DNA from: a bacterium
GTDB taxonomy: Bacteria; JADJOY01
Direction of reading: 5' to 3'
DNA: 64,000 nt
Assembly (NCBI GenBank): GCA_046331705.1
Contig: JAXLQJ010000003.1
Coordinates: forward strand, 62,001-126,000
The translations under genes were made by a program, and so were the position numbers. The notes under the pieces are model-generated. The model had not been told where the DNA came from. It did no database searches and saw only the letters and a program-made list of their open reading frames with translations. Shown in pieces: positions 8,500 through 19,777 of this stretch. Positions within the stretch are counted from its first letter, which is position 1. Each line of letters opens with the position of its first letter.

Positions 8500-10098
8500 T
8501 CAGCGTCCCAGCGCGCGCTGTGCCACCGACAGCATGTTCTTGTTGGTGAGCGCGCTGGCGCAGAGCACACCGCCCATGAGCGCGCCGCCCACGCCGGCGG
8601 AGCACACGTCTTGCCCGGTGAGGTAGAGGCCCGGAACGCTGGTGCGGGGCCTGAGCCTTCGCTCCTGGAACCGCCGCGGATCGTGGTCGAGACCGTAAAG
8701 CTCGCCCCGCTCCCAGGCCGCGAAGTGCTGGGTGGTGAGCGGCGTGGAGAGCTCGCCGTGGATCACGTGGCCTTCGGCCTGGGGAACCCAGCGATAGAGC
8801 TGCGTCAAGAGGCGCTCGGTGAAGCGCTGCTTGAGCGCTTCGTACTCGTCACCGCGATGGTGCCAGCGCGAATCGCGCCAGCGCTCGAACCAGGCATACG
8901 GCGCGAGCGTGATGACGTCGATCGTCGAGCGGCCGGGATGACGTTGGGTGAAGCTCGGATCCTTCGCCGCGGGAAACGACACGTACACCACGGGGAACGG
9001 CGCTTCCGGGTCGGCGACGAACGCATCCACGTTCCGCTCGTGATGCTCGTCCGGGTAGAGCCACAGATTGGCCTTGGGCAGCTCGAGCTCCTCGGCGGTG
9101 CGATCGAGCCCGAGGTAGAGGCACATGTGGCCGACGCTGCGCGTGAGCCCGGCGATCGCCTCGCGCTCGCGCGCCGGCACTTCGGCGCCGAGAAGTCGGC
9201 CGAAGGTGTTGTGCGCGCCGGCGTCGCTCACGATCACCGGCGCCCGAAGCTCGCGGCCGTCCTCGAGGCGCACGCCCGCCGCGCGACCGCCCTCGACCAG
9301 GATGCGCTCGACGACGGCGCGCACCACCACCGCGCCGCCACGCTGCTCGATGGTCGGCACGATCGCTGCCGCGAAGCGGCTCGCTCCGCCCACGGGGAAG
9401 AAGCCGCCGCGCAGGTAATGGCCGGCAACCATCGCATGGATCGCGAAGCTCGAGCGCGCGGGCGGCAATCCGTAGTCGCCGAACTGGCCCGTCAGCACCG
9501 AGATCAGCTTCTGGTTGGAGGTGATCTCTTCCAGCACCTCGCGCGTGGTACGCGCCGCGAGACGCTCGAGCTTGCGACGCATGAGGCCGCCCACGAGCGC
9601 CGCCGCAGGCGCAGGAATGGCGCGCTCGGCGAAGTAGAGCATTCCCGCCCGTTGCGCTTCCGCGACCCGGTCGAGGTAGCGCTCGATGGCGGCACGTTCG
9701 CCGGGAAACCGTGCGGCGAGCCGCTCGACGAAGTTCTCGCGTCCGGCGGCGAAGTCGTAGACCTCGTCGCCGAGGACGATGCGATCGTAGACCTCGCCCA
9801 TCGACGCCCACTCGATCGGCTCGGCAGCGATGTCGTCGAGCACCACGCGCATCGGCGCCTTGGGATGACCGACGTCGCCGATGTAGTGCACACCCACGTC
9901 CCACTCGAAGCCATTGCGGTGGAAGGTGTGCGTGAAGCCACCCGCGGTGTAGTGCTGCTCGAGGACCAGCACCCGCTTGCGCGCGTGCTTGGCGAGCAAG
10001 GCCGCTGCGGCGAGCCCACCGATTCCCGAGCCGATCACGATCGCGTCGTACGAGCCTGCCGGCTCGAAGCGACGATACGGCGTGCCGATGGACGTCAT
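8500..10098 (-). CDS. FAD-dependent oxidoreductase, phytoene desaturase / all-trans-retinol 13,14-reductase-like
   Basis: DAIVIGSGIGG, LEQHYTAGG.THTF, WDVGVHYIG, STPLT, GLYLTGQD...AGVGGALMGG. Confidence 0.88.
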   Translation of the reverse strand: MTSIGTPYRRFEPAGSYDAIVIGSGIGGLAAAALLAKHARKRVLVLEQHYTAGGFTHTFHRNGFEWDVGVHYIGDVGHPKAPMRVVLDDIAAEPIEWASMGEVYDRIVLGDEVYDFAAGRENFVERLAARFPGERAAIERYLDRVAEAQRAGMLYFAERAIPAPAAALVGGLMRRKLERLAARTTREVLEEITSNQKLISVLTGQFGDYGLPPARSSFAIHAMVAGHYLRGGFFPVGGASRFAAAIVPTIEQRGGAVVVRAVVERILVEGGRAAGVRLEDGRELRAPVIVSDAGAHNTFGRLLGAEVPAREREAIAGLTRSVGHMCLYLGLDRTAEELELPKANLWLYPDEHHERNVDAFVADPEAPFPVVYVSFPAAKDPSFTQRHPGRSTIDVITLAPYAWFERWRDSRWHHRGDEYEALKQRFTERLLTQLYRWVPQAEGHVIHGELSTPLTTQHFAAWERGELYGLDHDPRRFQERRLRPRTSVPGLYLTGQDVCSAGVGGALMGGVLCASALTNKNMLSVAQRALGR

Positions 10099-10431
10099 CG
10101 CTGGCTGCCTCCCGGCAAGCGAGGATAGCGGTCGCGGCCGCCCCCGGCTCGTCTCGATCCGGCTCCGGCGAGGAGCCTGCTGCGCGTCGTGCTTCGCACC
10201 GCGCCAGGATCCTCGCTCCACGTCTTCTCGGGGGTCTCGCGAGATCCCCGCCCGAGCAAAGGCGCGACTTCTCCGGGGCCCCACCGAGTCGACCGGCTGC
10301 GCTCGGCGGGCGCCAACGGCGTCGTGCGCTTCACCGCGGGTGCGACACCGCCCGTCGGCGCCGACCGAGAGCGGCGCCGCCGGCGCGCGGGCTCCAGCGC
10401 GATCCGCGGGAGAGACGGTTCGAGGGCGCGC

Positions 10432-12603
10432 TCAGGGCGCGCTCGACCCCCAGTTGTCGATGTTGCCGCTCTCGAAGTCGTCGGCGAACACGTACCAGCC
10501 CTTCATCCGCTGGATGAAGATCTCCTCTTCGTCGTTCACCAGGGTGCCGGTGTTGTCGTCGCCGCCCCAGACCACCAGGAACTGACCGTTGGCGGCGTTG
10601 GCCGCGACCGCGACCTCTTGCGTCTGGTACGTGGTGTTGCCGAGCCCGCCTGCATCGGAGACACGCTCGTCGTTCGGGCCCGCGCCCACGATGGTGCCGG
10701 TCATGCGCTGGGCGAAGACCTCCCACTCGTTGTTGACCATGCCGTCGACGGTGTCCTCGCCGGACCAGACCGCCATGTATTCGTCGTCGATCGGGTTGTA
10801 GACGACGTCCGGCCCCCACATCACCTGGTACGTGGCATCGCCGACGCCGCCTGCGTCGCTCACGCGATAGTCGTTGCTGCCGAGGCCGCCGAGGGCTGCG
10901 TCCATGCGCTGCGAGAACACCTCGAACTCGTTGTCGACGAGCCCACCGACGTCGTCGTCACCCAGCCACACCACCAGGTATTGGTTCGCTTTCGGGTTGT
11001 ACGCCACGGCCGGCGCGTACGCCCCGTACGTCGGATCACCGGTGCCGCCCATGTCGCTCACGCGAGCGTCGTTGGTGCCGACGCCACCACCGAACTGATC
11101 CATGAGCTGGGCGTAGATCTCGAACTCGTCGTCGACCAGCGAGCCGCTGTCGTCGTCGCCCGTCCACACGATCAAGTACTCCAAATCCTCGGTGTTGAAG
11201 GTCACGTCGGGCTGGATGGCGTCGTAGGCGGGGTCGCCGGTTCCACCCATGTCACTGATGCGCAGGTTCGAACCGACCGGAACACCGGTCGAGTACACGC
11301 GCTGTGCCCAGATCTCGTTCTCCTCGTCCACCAATCCACCGGTGTTGGTGTCGCCGTCCCACACCACCAGGTACTCGTCCGGGCTGGGGTTGTAGGTGGC
11401 GGATGGTCGGTTCGCGTCGTAGTCGCGGTCGCCGTCCGGCCCCATGGTGCTGATCCGGAAGTTCCCGCCGTATTGGGGGAAGAGGTATGCGTCGACCACC
11501 TGACCCCAGATCTCGAACTCGCCGTCCACCAGGTCGCCGTCGGGGCTGTCTGCCGACCACACGACCAGAAACTGGCCGTACGTGGAATTGAAGGCGATCG
11601 CCGGATCGTGGGCCTTGTAGTCCGCGGTACCGGTGCCGCCCGCGTAGCTGATGCGGACGTCGCTGTAGCCGGTCTGGCTGCCGGAAGCGGTGATGACCTG
11701 GCCGAAGATCTCGGTCTCCCCTTCCACGAGGCCGCCCGTCGAGTCGTCGCCTTCCCAGACCACCACGTAGGTGTCGTTGATGCTGTTGTACGCCACCGCC
11801 GGCTTGAAGGCGTCGTAGGCCGGATCGCCGTTGGGGCCCATGTCGCTGATGCGCACGTCGTTGCTACCGATCTCCGGATCGATCGTGACCGGATAGGCGG
11901 CGCTCGCCAGCGCGGCGCCGTTCACCACCAAACGCGTGGCGGTTGCCGAGACGTCGAAGCTGCACGGGATCACGCGGCCGTCGGCGTCGAAGACCCGGGC
12001 GTCGCCGAGCCACACCTCGGCGCCATCGCCACGCCACTGCCAGCGTTCGGGGCCGCGCTCGTGACGCCCGCCCGAGCGAATCGTTCCCGTGACGACGAGA
12101 TCGCCGCCGGCGAGCGGTAGCGCGCTCGGCACCACGAAGCGCTGCTCGAAGGAGTTGGTGTCGAACCGATACTCCTCCCGCACGCGGCCGCGGTCGTAGC
12201 GGACGTTTCCGTCGACTGCGCGGACCGGCGTCACGGGCTCGATCGCAACCAGCTCGGCGCCTGCCGACGAGCGCACGCTCGCCAAGGTCCACCGCCAGTC
12301 GGGCGCGCCGCGCACACCCCACACGCGCACGCCGTCACTCGTGAAGTCCACCGTGCGCCGCGGATGCGAGAGCCGCAGCCCGCCGGCGATCGGCTCGACG
12401 CGATTCACCGCCAGGCGCGCGGCCGCCTCGCGATCAGGCCTGCCGCGTGCGTCCGGTGCGCTCGCTGGGTCCGGAAGCGTCGGTGAGCGTTCGACGATCC
12501 GCTCGTCGGCCCGCGAACGCTCGCTCGTGCGAGCACCACTCGCCGAGCAACTGCTCAGCGTGACCAGAATCACCAGGCCGGTGGCGACGCGGCGCAGATC
12601 CAT
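10432..12603 (-). CDS. Secreted (possibly lipo-) protein: N-terminal domain ending YPVTIDP, seven acidic repeats of about 66 aa, C-terminal FADDFESG tail
   Basis: Signal peptide MDLRRVATGLVILVTLSSC. Repeats RISDMG..GD..YDA..P...YN.....YLVVW.GDD..G.LVD.E.EI..Q. GGAGG RBS. Confidence 0.85.
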   Translation of the reverse strand: MDLRRVATGLVILVTLSSCSASGARTSERSRADERIVERSPTLPDPASAPDARGRPDREAAARLAVNRVEPIAGGLRLSHPRRTVDFTSDGVRVWGVRGAPDWRWTLASVRSSAGAELVAIEPVTPVRAVDGNVRYDRGRVREEYRFDTNSFEQRFVVPSALPLAGGDLVVTGTIRSGGRHERGPERWQWRGDGAEVWLGDARVFDADGRVIPCSFDVSATATRLVVNGAALASAAYPVTIDPEIGSNDVRISDMGPNGDPAYDAFKPAVAYNSINDTYVVVWEGDDSTGGLVEGETEIFGQVITASGSQTGYSDVRISYAGGTGTADYKAHDPAIAFNSTYGQFLVVWSADSPDGDLVDGEFEIWGQVVDAYLFPQYGGNFRISTMGPDGDRDYDANRPSATYNPSPDEYLVVWDGDTNTGGLVDEENEIWAQRVYSTGVPVGSNLRISDMGGTGDPAYDAIQPDVTFNTEDLEYLIVWTGDDDSGSLVDDEFEIYAQLMDQFGGGVGTNDARVSDMGGTGDPTYGAYAPAVAYNPKANQYLVVWLGDDDVGGLVDNEFEVFSQRMDAALGGLGSNDYRVSDAGGVGDATYQVMWGPDVVYNPIDDEYMAVWSGEDTVDGMVNNEWEVFAQRMTGTIVGAGPNDERVSDAGGLGNTTYQTQEVAVAANAANGQFLVVWGGDDNTGTLVNDEEEIFIQRMKGWYVFADDFESGNIDNWGSSAP
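10490..11870 (-). repeat. Seven intragenic repeats of about 200 bp (probable beta-propeller blades)
   Basis: Seven R(I/V)S...VW...E(I/V) units counted in the translation. Confidence 0.85.
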
Positions 12604-12668
12604 GGCATCCCCCTCCGGGGCCACGACGCGCGCCGGATGGCGCGACGACGCGCCCCTTCGGATCTGCC

Positions 12669-12684
12669 TGGAATTCTCGTGCCA
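12669..12684 (-). promoter_or_regulatory. Imperfect sigma54-like -24/-12 element
   Basis: TGGCACGAGAATTCCA has a perfect -24 box, but -12 reads TTCC instead of TTGC. It lies about 65 nt upstream of the ATG at 12603. Confidence 0.3.
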
Positions 12685-12935
12685 GGCGTCGTCGGCGCGA
12701 CCGCACCGAGGCGCGCGGTCGGCGAGCCTGCGACGCGGGCGCGCGCTCGCGCACGCCGCCTGACTCGGCAATTCCGCGTTCGCGTGCGCTCGATCGCGCG
12801 GCCGCGCGGCCGCGTGGCGCGACGGACGCCCATTGCGTGGGCGTCGCGAGCGACACCAAGCCGCGACTCGATCGCGGCTCGACGGGTGGGCGGTGGGTGG
12901 GCTCGGTAACCGAGCGGGAAGTGCGCGCTCGAGGG

Positions 12936-14858
12936 TCAGGGCACCGAGGAGCCCCAATCCAAGACGTCGCCCTCCTCGAATCCGTCGGCGAAGAGCCAAT
13001 CGGCAGCGCGCTCCACGGCGTGATCGCCCCGCACCAGTCCGTGCCCGCTCTCGAAATCGACTCCCGCCGCGCCCATGTTCTCGGCCGTGCTCTCGAGCAG
13101 GTGGTAGACCTGCACCGGCGGCAGGCTCGAGTTCTTCTGACGCACCAGCGCCGCCAATCCCGCGGCATGCGGCGCCGCCGCCGAGGTGCCGAAGAAATTC
13201 GGCGAGGTGTCGAGGTCGCTGCCGTCACCCGGATCGCTGATGTCGGAGCCGCCGAAGAAGGTCGTGTTGGTGCCGTCCGGCGCCACGAGATTCGGCTTCT
13301 GGCGCACCACGTTGATGGGATTGTCGTTCAGATCCCAGAGCGTCGGGGTGCCGCCGATCGAGGAGAAGCTCTCGAGCACGGCCGGGCTGGTGCCGAACGG
13401 CGGCGTCTGGAAGTAGAACGCCGCGCCCATCGAGCGCGCCCCGCGCGCGTTGGCGTGGCCGTAGCTCGACGCGGTGTTGGTGGCGTACTCGTTCACGACC
13501 ATCGACGATCGGAAGTACGTGTACTTGAGCAAGGCCGGCGCCGATCCCTGGTGCACGCTGATCGCGATGTTCGCCAGCGTCGCGCCTCCACCGTTGCTGA
13601 TGCCCATGATCTCGATCGGGTCGCCGCCGACGTTGGCCGTGTGGATGCCGATCACCGGGCTGGTGGGCGGATCGAGGTACAGCCAGAAGTCGAGGTCCGA
13701 GGTCGCGCCGGCCCCACCGCTCGCGGACGCGTAGGGCGAGCTCCACTGAAGCACGATCTGTGTCGTGCCGTTCGGGATCGTCACCTTCTGGTAGACGTCG
13801 ACGCCCGGACCGGGATCGAAGTCGTGGCCGATGTCGTTCTGGTAGCCGAACGGCAATCCTGCCGGCGACGTCCCGCTGGAACGGAAGGGTGCGTCGTAGG
13901 CCTGGCGCGCCTGATTGCCCGCCGAGGAGAAGTACGGGACACCCGCGGCGACGACCTCGTCGACGGCTTGGGCGATGATCCCGTCCTGGAACATCGGCTC
14001 GGCGAAGTAGATGACGTCGTCGTTGATGACGTCCGCGCCCGCGGTATTCGCCAGCGCGAGGATGCCGGCGGCGAACGCCGCCTGGCCGCCGTTCGCCGTG
14101 TTGAAGGCCTGCGCGGCGCCGGGCGCCACGTCGGCGATCAGCTCCATCATGCCGCGGCCCTCGTCCGTCTGACCGGAGCACGAGGGCGCCTCCGCCAGCA
14201 CCGTGACGCCCGCCGGCAGATCGCCCGAGGTGACTCCCGCCGGCGCGCCGCCCAGGCAGTTGTAGCTGTTCGAGAGCGTACCCACGACCATGCCGGCCCC
14301 GGTCACGCTGCTCGCCGGGCGGGCCACGTCGGTGCGCATCGCCTCGTCTCCCTGGCTGAGCACCGAGCCGGTGTTGGTGGTGTGGTAGGCGGGTCGCGCG
14401 AAGCGCAGCGCGCTGGCGTCGGCCATCGCCAGCAGCGCCGCCACGGGCATGCGCCCCGACACCACGTGCCGGTAGCGGGCCACCTGCCCCATTCCCAGCG
14501 CGGCGAGCTGCGTGCGCAGGCGCCCGCCCTCACCCGCCGCGGCGACCGCGTCGATCACGACCCCGTTCTCGTCGAGATCGAGCATCGTGTTCGCCGAGCG
14601 GAACGGCCCTGCCGCGTGGCTCTGCTGGAAATCTCGATGTTCCAGGTAGAGCGCCAAGAGGTCCGGGCCGAGCTTGCGGCCCGGACCGGAGTCGGTCACC
14701 AGATCCGTGCGCGCGCTCGTGAGCGCCGTGAGCGCGGGAGCGGCCACCGCTTGCTGCGCTCGTGACGCGATCGGAAACGCGAGGCAGGTCGCGGCCGCCA
14801 TCGTCGTGAGCGCGAGGCGCCGCCTGCGGGAACGATTCACCGAAGTCGCAGCTTCCAT
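12936..14858 (-). CDS. Secreted subtilase-fold serine protease (S8 / S53-like subgroup) with propeptide and C-terminal FADGFEEG tail
   Basis: Signal peptide; TDEGRGMMELIADVAPGA, YFSSAGN, KPNLVAPDG, FFGTSAAAPHAAG. GAGGAG RBS. Confidence 0.88.
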   Translation of the reverse strand: MEAATSVNRSRRRRLALTTMAAATCLAFPIASRAQQAVAAPALTALTSARTDLVTDSGPGRKLGPDLLALYLEHRDFQQSHAAGPFRSANTMLDLDENGVVIDAVAAAGEGGRLRTQLAALGMGQVARYRHVVSGRMPVAALLAMADASALRFARPAYHTTNTGSVLSQGDEAMRTDVARPASSVTGAGMVVGTLSNSYNCLGGAPAGVTSGDLPAGVTVLAEAPSCSGQTDEGRGMMELIADVAPGAAQAFNTANGGQAAFAAGILALANTAGADVINDDVIYFAEPMFQDGIIAQAVDEVVAAGVPYFSSAGNQARQAYDAPFRSSGTSPAGLPFGYQNDIGHDFDPGPGVDVYQKVTIPNGTTQIVLQWSSPYASASGGAGATSDLDFWLYLDPPTSPVIGIHTANVGGDPIEIMGISNGGGATLANIAISVHQGSAPALLKYTYFRSSMVVNEYATNTASSYGHANARGARSMGAAFYFQTPPFGTSPAVLESFSSIGGTPTLWDLNDNPINVVRQKPNLVAPDGTNTTFFGGSDISDPGDGSDLDTSPNFFGTSAAAPHAAGLAALVRQKNSSLPPVQVYHLLESTAENMGAAGVDFESGHGLVRGDHAVERAADWLFADGFEEGDVLDWGSSVP

Positions 14859-14959
14859 CGTACGGTTCTCCTCGGTTTCGCGTGGCGCCGGTGGGCGAAG
14901 GCGCGCACGCGGTCCAGCTTGGCCCATTCGCGGCGCGTGAGAAACCATGCTTCCGCCGC

Positions 14960-16055
14960 TCAGCAGATCCGCGGAAGCTGCTCGCCGCTCAGCATGTCGA
15001 CCACTCGGTTCGAGCCGATCGCGCTCGTGAGCGTGACCAGGGCCGCTGGATCGGCCTCGACCGAGCCGATGCGCGCGGCGCCCACGCTCACCGGATGGGC
15101 GCGCAAGATCGCCAGCGCACGCTCGGCGTCGGCAGGCGCCACGATGGCCACGAACCGCCCTTCGTTGGCGACGTAGAGCGGATCGAGGCCCAGGATCTCG
15201 CACGCCGCCCGTACGTCCTCGCGAACCGCGATGGCGCGCTCGTCCACGTGGAGGTGGAGGCGCGCGTCGCGGGCGATCTCGACCAAGGTGCTCGCCAGCC
15301 CGCCGCGGGTGGGGTCGCGCAGGCAATGCACCTCGACGCCCGCCTCGAGGAGCGCGAGAACCGGCGCCGCGAGCGGCGCGCAATCGCTCTCGATCTCCGA
15401 CTCGAACGCGAGCCCCTCGCGCACCGCCATGATCGCCATGCCGTGGCGGCCGACGTCGCCGCTCACGAGGATGGCGTCCCCGGGACGCACGCTCGACGGC
15501 TCGATCGCGAGCTCGGTCACGGGCACGCCGATGCCCGCGGTGTTCACGTAGAGGCCGTCCGCCTTGCCGCGATCCACCACCTTGGTGTCGCCGGTCACCA
15601 CCGCCACACCCGTCGCGCGCGCGGCCGCCGCCATCGACTGCACGATCCGCCACAAGGTCTCCATGGGGAGACCTTCCTCCAAAATGAAGCCGACGCTCAG
15701 CGCCCGCGGGCGCGCACCGCACATCGCCAGATCGTTGACCGTGCCGTTCACCGCCAGCGTGCCGATGTCGCCGCCCGGGAAGAAGAGCGGTCGCACCACG
15801 TACGAGTCGGTGGTGAGCACGACGCGCGGCGAGCCGAGCGCCAGCGTCGCGCCGTCGTGGCGCGGTCCCATCGCCTCGGCGCCGAAGCCGCGCACGAAGA
15901 TCTGCTCGATGAGCTGGTGCATCAGCCGCCCGCCGCCGCCGTGCGCCATGAGCACGCGCGGGTACTGGTCGATCGGCAGCGGACAGCTCAGCGCGAAGCT
16001 CGCGGGTGCGGCGCTCGCGGGCGCGGCGGACTCGGTTCCGCCAGCGCGCTCGTCG

Positions 16056-16066
<11 letters not shown>
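14960..16066 (-). CDS. hypE: Hydrogenase maturation carbamoyl dehydratase HypE
   Basis: [52 protein letters not shown]-terminal LPRIC. Confidence 0.97.
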
Positions 16067-17176
<1,110 letters not shown>

Positions 17177-17180
<4 letters not shown>

Positions 17181-17431
17181 GCCGGCGGGTCCCCGAGCTC
17201 CTCGAGCTCACCCATGGTCTTCAGGTACGCGAAGACCTCGAGCGCCTGGGCCTCGTCGATGGTGTTGAGCGCGATGCCAACGTGGACGAGCACGTAATCG
17301 CCCACCTTCGCCTCCGGGACGCAGACCAGGTTCACCGGCTTCACCACGCCCGCGAAATCGACGCGGCCGCTTCGCATCCACGCGTCGTCACCCTCGATGC
17401 TCACGATCCGGCCCGGCACGGCGAGACACAT
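17177..17431 (-). CDS. hypC: Hydrogenase chaperone HypC
   Basis: MCLAVPG N-terminus, GDYVLVHVG. Confidence 0.97.
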
Positions 17432-17449
17432 GGAAATCGTCCTTTCCGC

Positions 17450-19777
17450 TCAGCGTCGCATCCGACGCAGCGCCACGGCCATCTGGCCGAGCGCGATCCC
17501 GCCATCGTTGGGCGGCACGCGCTGGTGCCAGTACGGGCGGAATCCCTCGGCCCGCAGCCGCGTCACGGCGCGCTCCGTCAAGACTCGATTCTGGAAGCAG
17601 CCGCCGCTCAGCACCACCCGCTCCTCTCCGATCCAGCGCGCGACGTCCACGATCGCCTCCGCCATGCCCGCGTGGAAGCGAGCGGCCACCACGCCGGCGG
17701 GCACGTGGCGCCCGAGGTCGTCGACGAGCGCACGCACGGCTGGCTCCCAGTCTGCCATCCGCTCGGGCGCGTCGGTGGATCTCTCGCCACGCCAGGGGAC
17801 CACCGGCAACGTGTAGCGATCGGTGGTGTCCGCGTCGCACGCCCACTCGAGCTCCATGGCCGCTTGTCCCTCGAAGCTCGAGCGCTGCCGAATCCCCGTC
17901 AGCGACGCGACCGCGTCGAACAGCCGTCCGGCCGACGTGGTGAGCGGCGAGCGCACGCCCTTGGCGAGCGCGGCGAGCAAGACCGTGCGCTCGTTCGCGC
18001 CGAACGCGCGCATCGGCTCGAGATCGTCGCGCTCGCCGAGCGCCGCGCCGAAGCATGCGTGGAGCAGCGCCAGCGCCGCGCGGCGCGGCTCGCGCGCGAC
18101 CGCGTCGCCGCCGGGCAAGCGAAAGGGACGGAGGCTCGCGACGCGCCGGAACTCGGCGCCGTCGGTGAGCAAGAACTCGCCGCCCCAGCTCGTTCCATCG
18201 GTGCCCAGACCGGTGCCATCCCACGCCACACCCAGGACCGGCCCCGACAGCTGATTCTCGAGCATCGCGCCCGCGACGTGGGCGAGATGATGTTGAACCG
18301 CGAGTCGCGTGCCGCCGGCGCCGACTGCGTGCTGCGTCGAGAGGTAGTCGGGGTGGAGGTCCGTGGCCAGGAGCCGCGGCGAGACGCGATACAAGCGCGT
18401 GAAGCTGTCGATGACCTCGCGGAACGCCGCCAGCGCCTCGGGGGTCTCGAGATCGCCGATGTGCTGGCTCACGAACACGTTCGCTCCCACCGCCAGCGCC
18501 ACGGTGCTCTTGAGATGGGCACCGACGGCGAGCACCGGCTCGGCTGCGACCACGTCGGAGGCGATCGGCACCGGCAGCGGCGCATAGCCACGCGATCGGC
18601 GCAGCACCAGCTCGCGATCGAGAAGCACGCGCACCACCGAGTCGTCGACGTGTCGTGCGATGGGACGATCGTGGACCAGGAAGCAGTCGGCGATGCCCGC
18701 GAGGCGTCGCACGGCGTCGTGGGCATCGATGCAGATCGGCTCGTCCGAACGGTTGCCCGAGGTCGCCACCACCGGCTGCCCCAGATCGCGCAGCAACAGA
18801 TGGTGCAGCGGTGTGGCGGGCAGCATCGCGCCGAGCGAGGGGTTTCCGGGCGCCACGTTCGCCGCCACGGACGCCGCGGCGCCCGCCCGCCGCCTGAGCA
18901 GCACGATCGGCGCTTGCGGCGAGGTCAGCACCCGCGTCTCGGCGGCGGAGACCTCGCACGCGGCGGCGAGCGCGGCGAGGTGCGCGAACATCACCGCGAG
19001 CGGCTTCTCCTCTCGGTGCTTGCGCCGCCGCAGCTCGCCCACCACGCGCTCGTCACTGGCGACGCACATCAGGTGGAAGCCACCCATGCCGTGGACGGCG
19101 ACGATCCACCCCTCGCGAAGCGCCGCAACCGCGGCGCCGAGCGCAGCCTCGCGGCGCGCCAGCTCGCGCCCGTCCGCGTCCCACCACGCGAGGCTCGGCC
19201 CGCACTCGGGGCAGGCGTTCGGCTGGGCGTGGAAGCGCCGATCGCGCGGATCGTCGTACTCGAGCTGGCAGCGAGGGCACATGACGAAGCGCTTCATGGT
19301 GGTGCGCGGCCGGTCGTAAGGCAGCTCCTCGACGATGGTGAAGCGCGGGCCGCAGTTCGTGCAGTTGGTGAACGGATAGCGATGGCGGCGGTCGGCGGGA
19401 TCGAAGATCTCACGCAGGCAGTCGCTGCACGTGGCGAGATCGGGCAGCACGATCGCTTCGGTGGAGTCGCCCGCGGCGCTCGCGCGGATCTCGAATCCCT
19501 CGAGCGCCACGGGGTCGAGGAACACCGTCTCCACCGATTGCAGAGACGCGTTGGGCGGCAGCTCGCTTCGCAGCCGCTCCAGGAACGCGTCGAGACGCTC
19601 GCGACGCCCCTGGACCTCGATGAGCACGCCGGGGCCGGTGTTCTGGACCCAACCGTCGAGAGCGAGCTCGGCGGCGAGACGAAAGACGAACGGCCGGAAG
19701 CCCACGCCCTGGACCGCGCCACGCACCGCCAGCCGGGCCCGCTCGGTCACGGCCGGGTCGCGCGCCACGTCGATCAC
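17450..19777 (-). CDS. hypF: Carbamoyltransferase HypF
   Basis: Acylphosphatase motif VQGVGFRPFV, two Zn fingers (C..C...YPFTNCTNCGPR; C..C...RRFHAQPNACPECGP), QHH.AH, LSGGCFQN, PPNDGGIALGQ. Confidence 0.97.
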   Translation of the reverse strand: MIDVARDPAVTERARLAVRGAVQGVGFRPFVFRLAAELALDGWVQNTGPGVLIEVQGRRERLDAFLERLRSELPPNASLQSVETVFLDPVALEGFEIRASAAGDSTEAIVLPDLATCSDCLREIFDPADRRHRYPFTNCTNCGPRFTIVEELPYDRPRTTMKRFVMCPRCQLEYDDPRDRRFHAQPNACPECGPSLAWWDADGRELARREAALGAAVAALREGWIVAVHGMGGFHLMCVASDERVVGELRRRKHREEKPLAVMFAHLAALAAACEVSAAETRVLTSPQAPIVLLRRRAGAAASVAANVAPGNPSLGAMLPATPLHHLLLRDLGQPVVATSGNRSDEPICIDAHDAVRRLAGIADCFLVHDRPIARHVDDSVVRVLLDRELVLRRSRGYAPLPVPIASDVVAAEPVLAVGAHLKSTVALAVGANVFVSQHIGDLETPEALAAFREVIDSFTRLYRVSPRLLATDLHPDYLSTQHAVGAGGTRLAVQHHLAHVAGAMLENQLSGPVLGVAWDGTGLGTDGTSWGGEFLLTDGAEFRRVASLRPFRLPGGDAVAREPRRAALALLHACFGAALGERDDLEPMRAFGANERTVLLAALAKGVRSPLTTSAGRLFDAVASLTGIRQRSSFEGQAAMELEWACDADTTDRYTLPVVPWRGERSTDAPERMADWEPAVRALVDDLGRHVPAGVVAARFHAGMAEAIVDVARWIGEERVVLSGGCFQNRVLTERAVTRLRAEGFRPYWHQRVPPNDGGIALGQMAVALRRMRR

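Noticed and set aside
350-11870. Periodic repeats as a CRISPR array or DGR template/variable repeats
   Set aside because: The repeats are in-frame protein repeats with synonymous divergence. There are no spacers, cas genes or reverse transcriptase.
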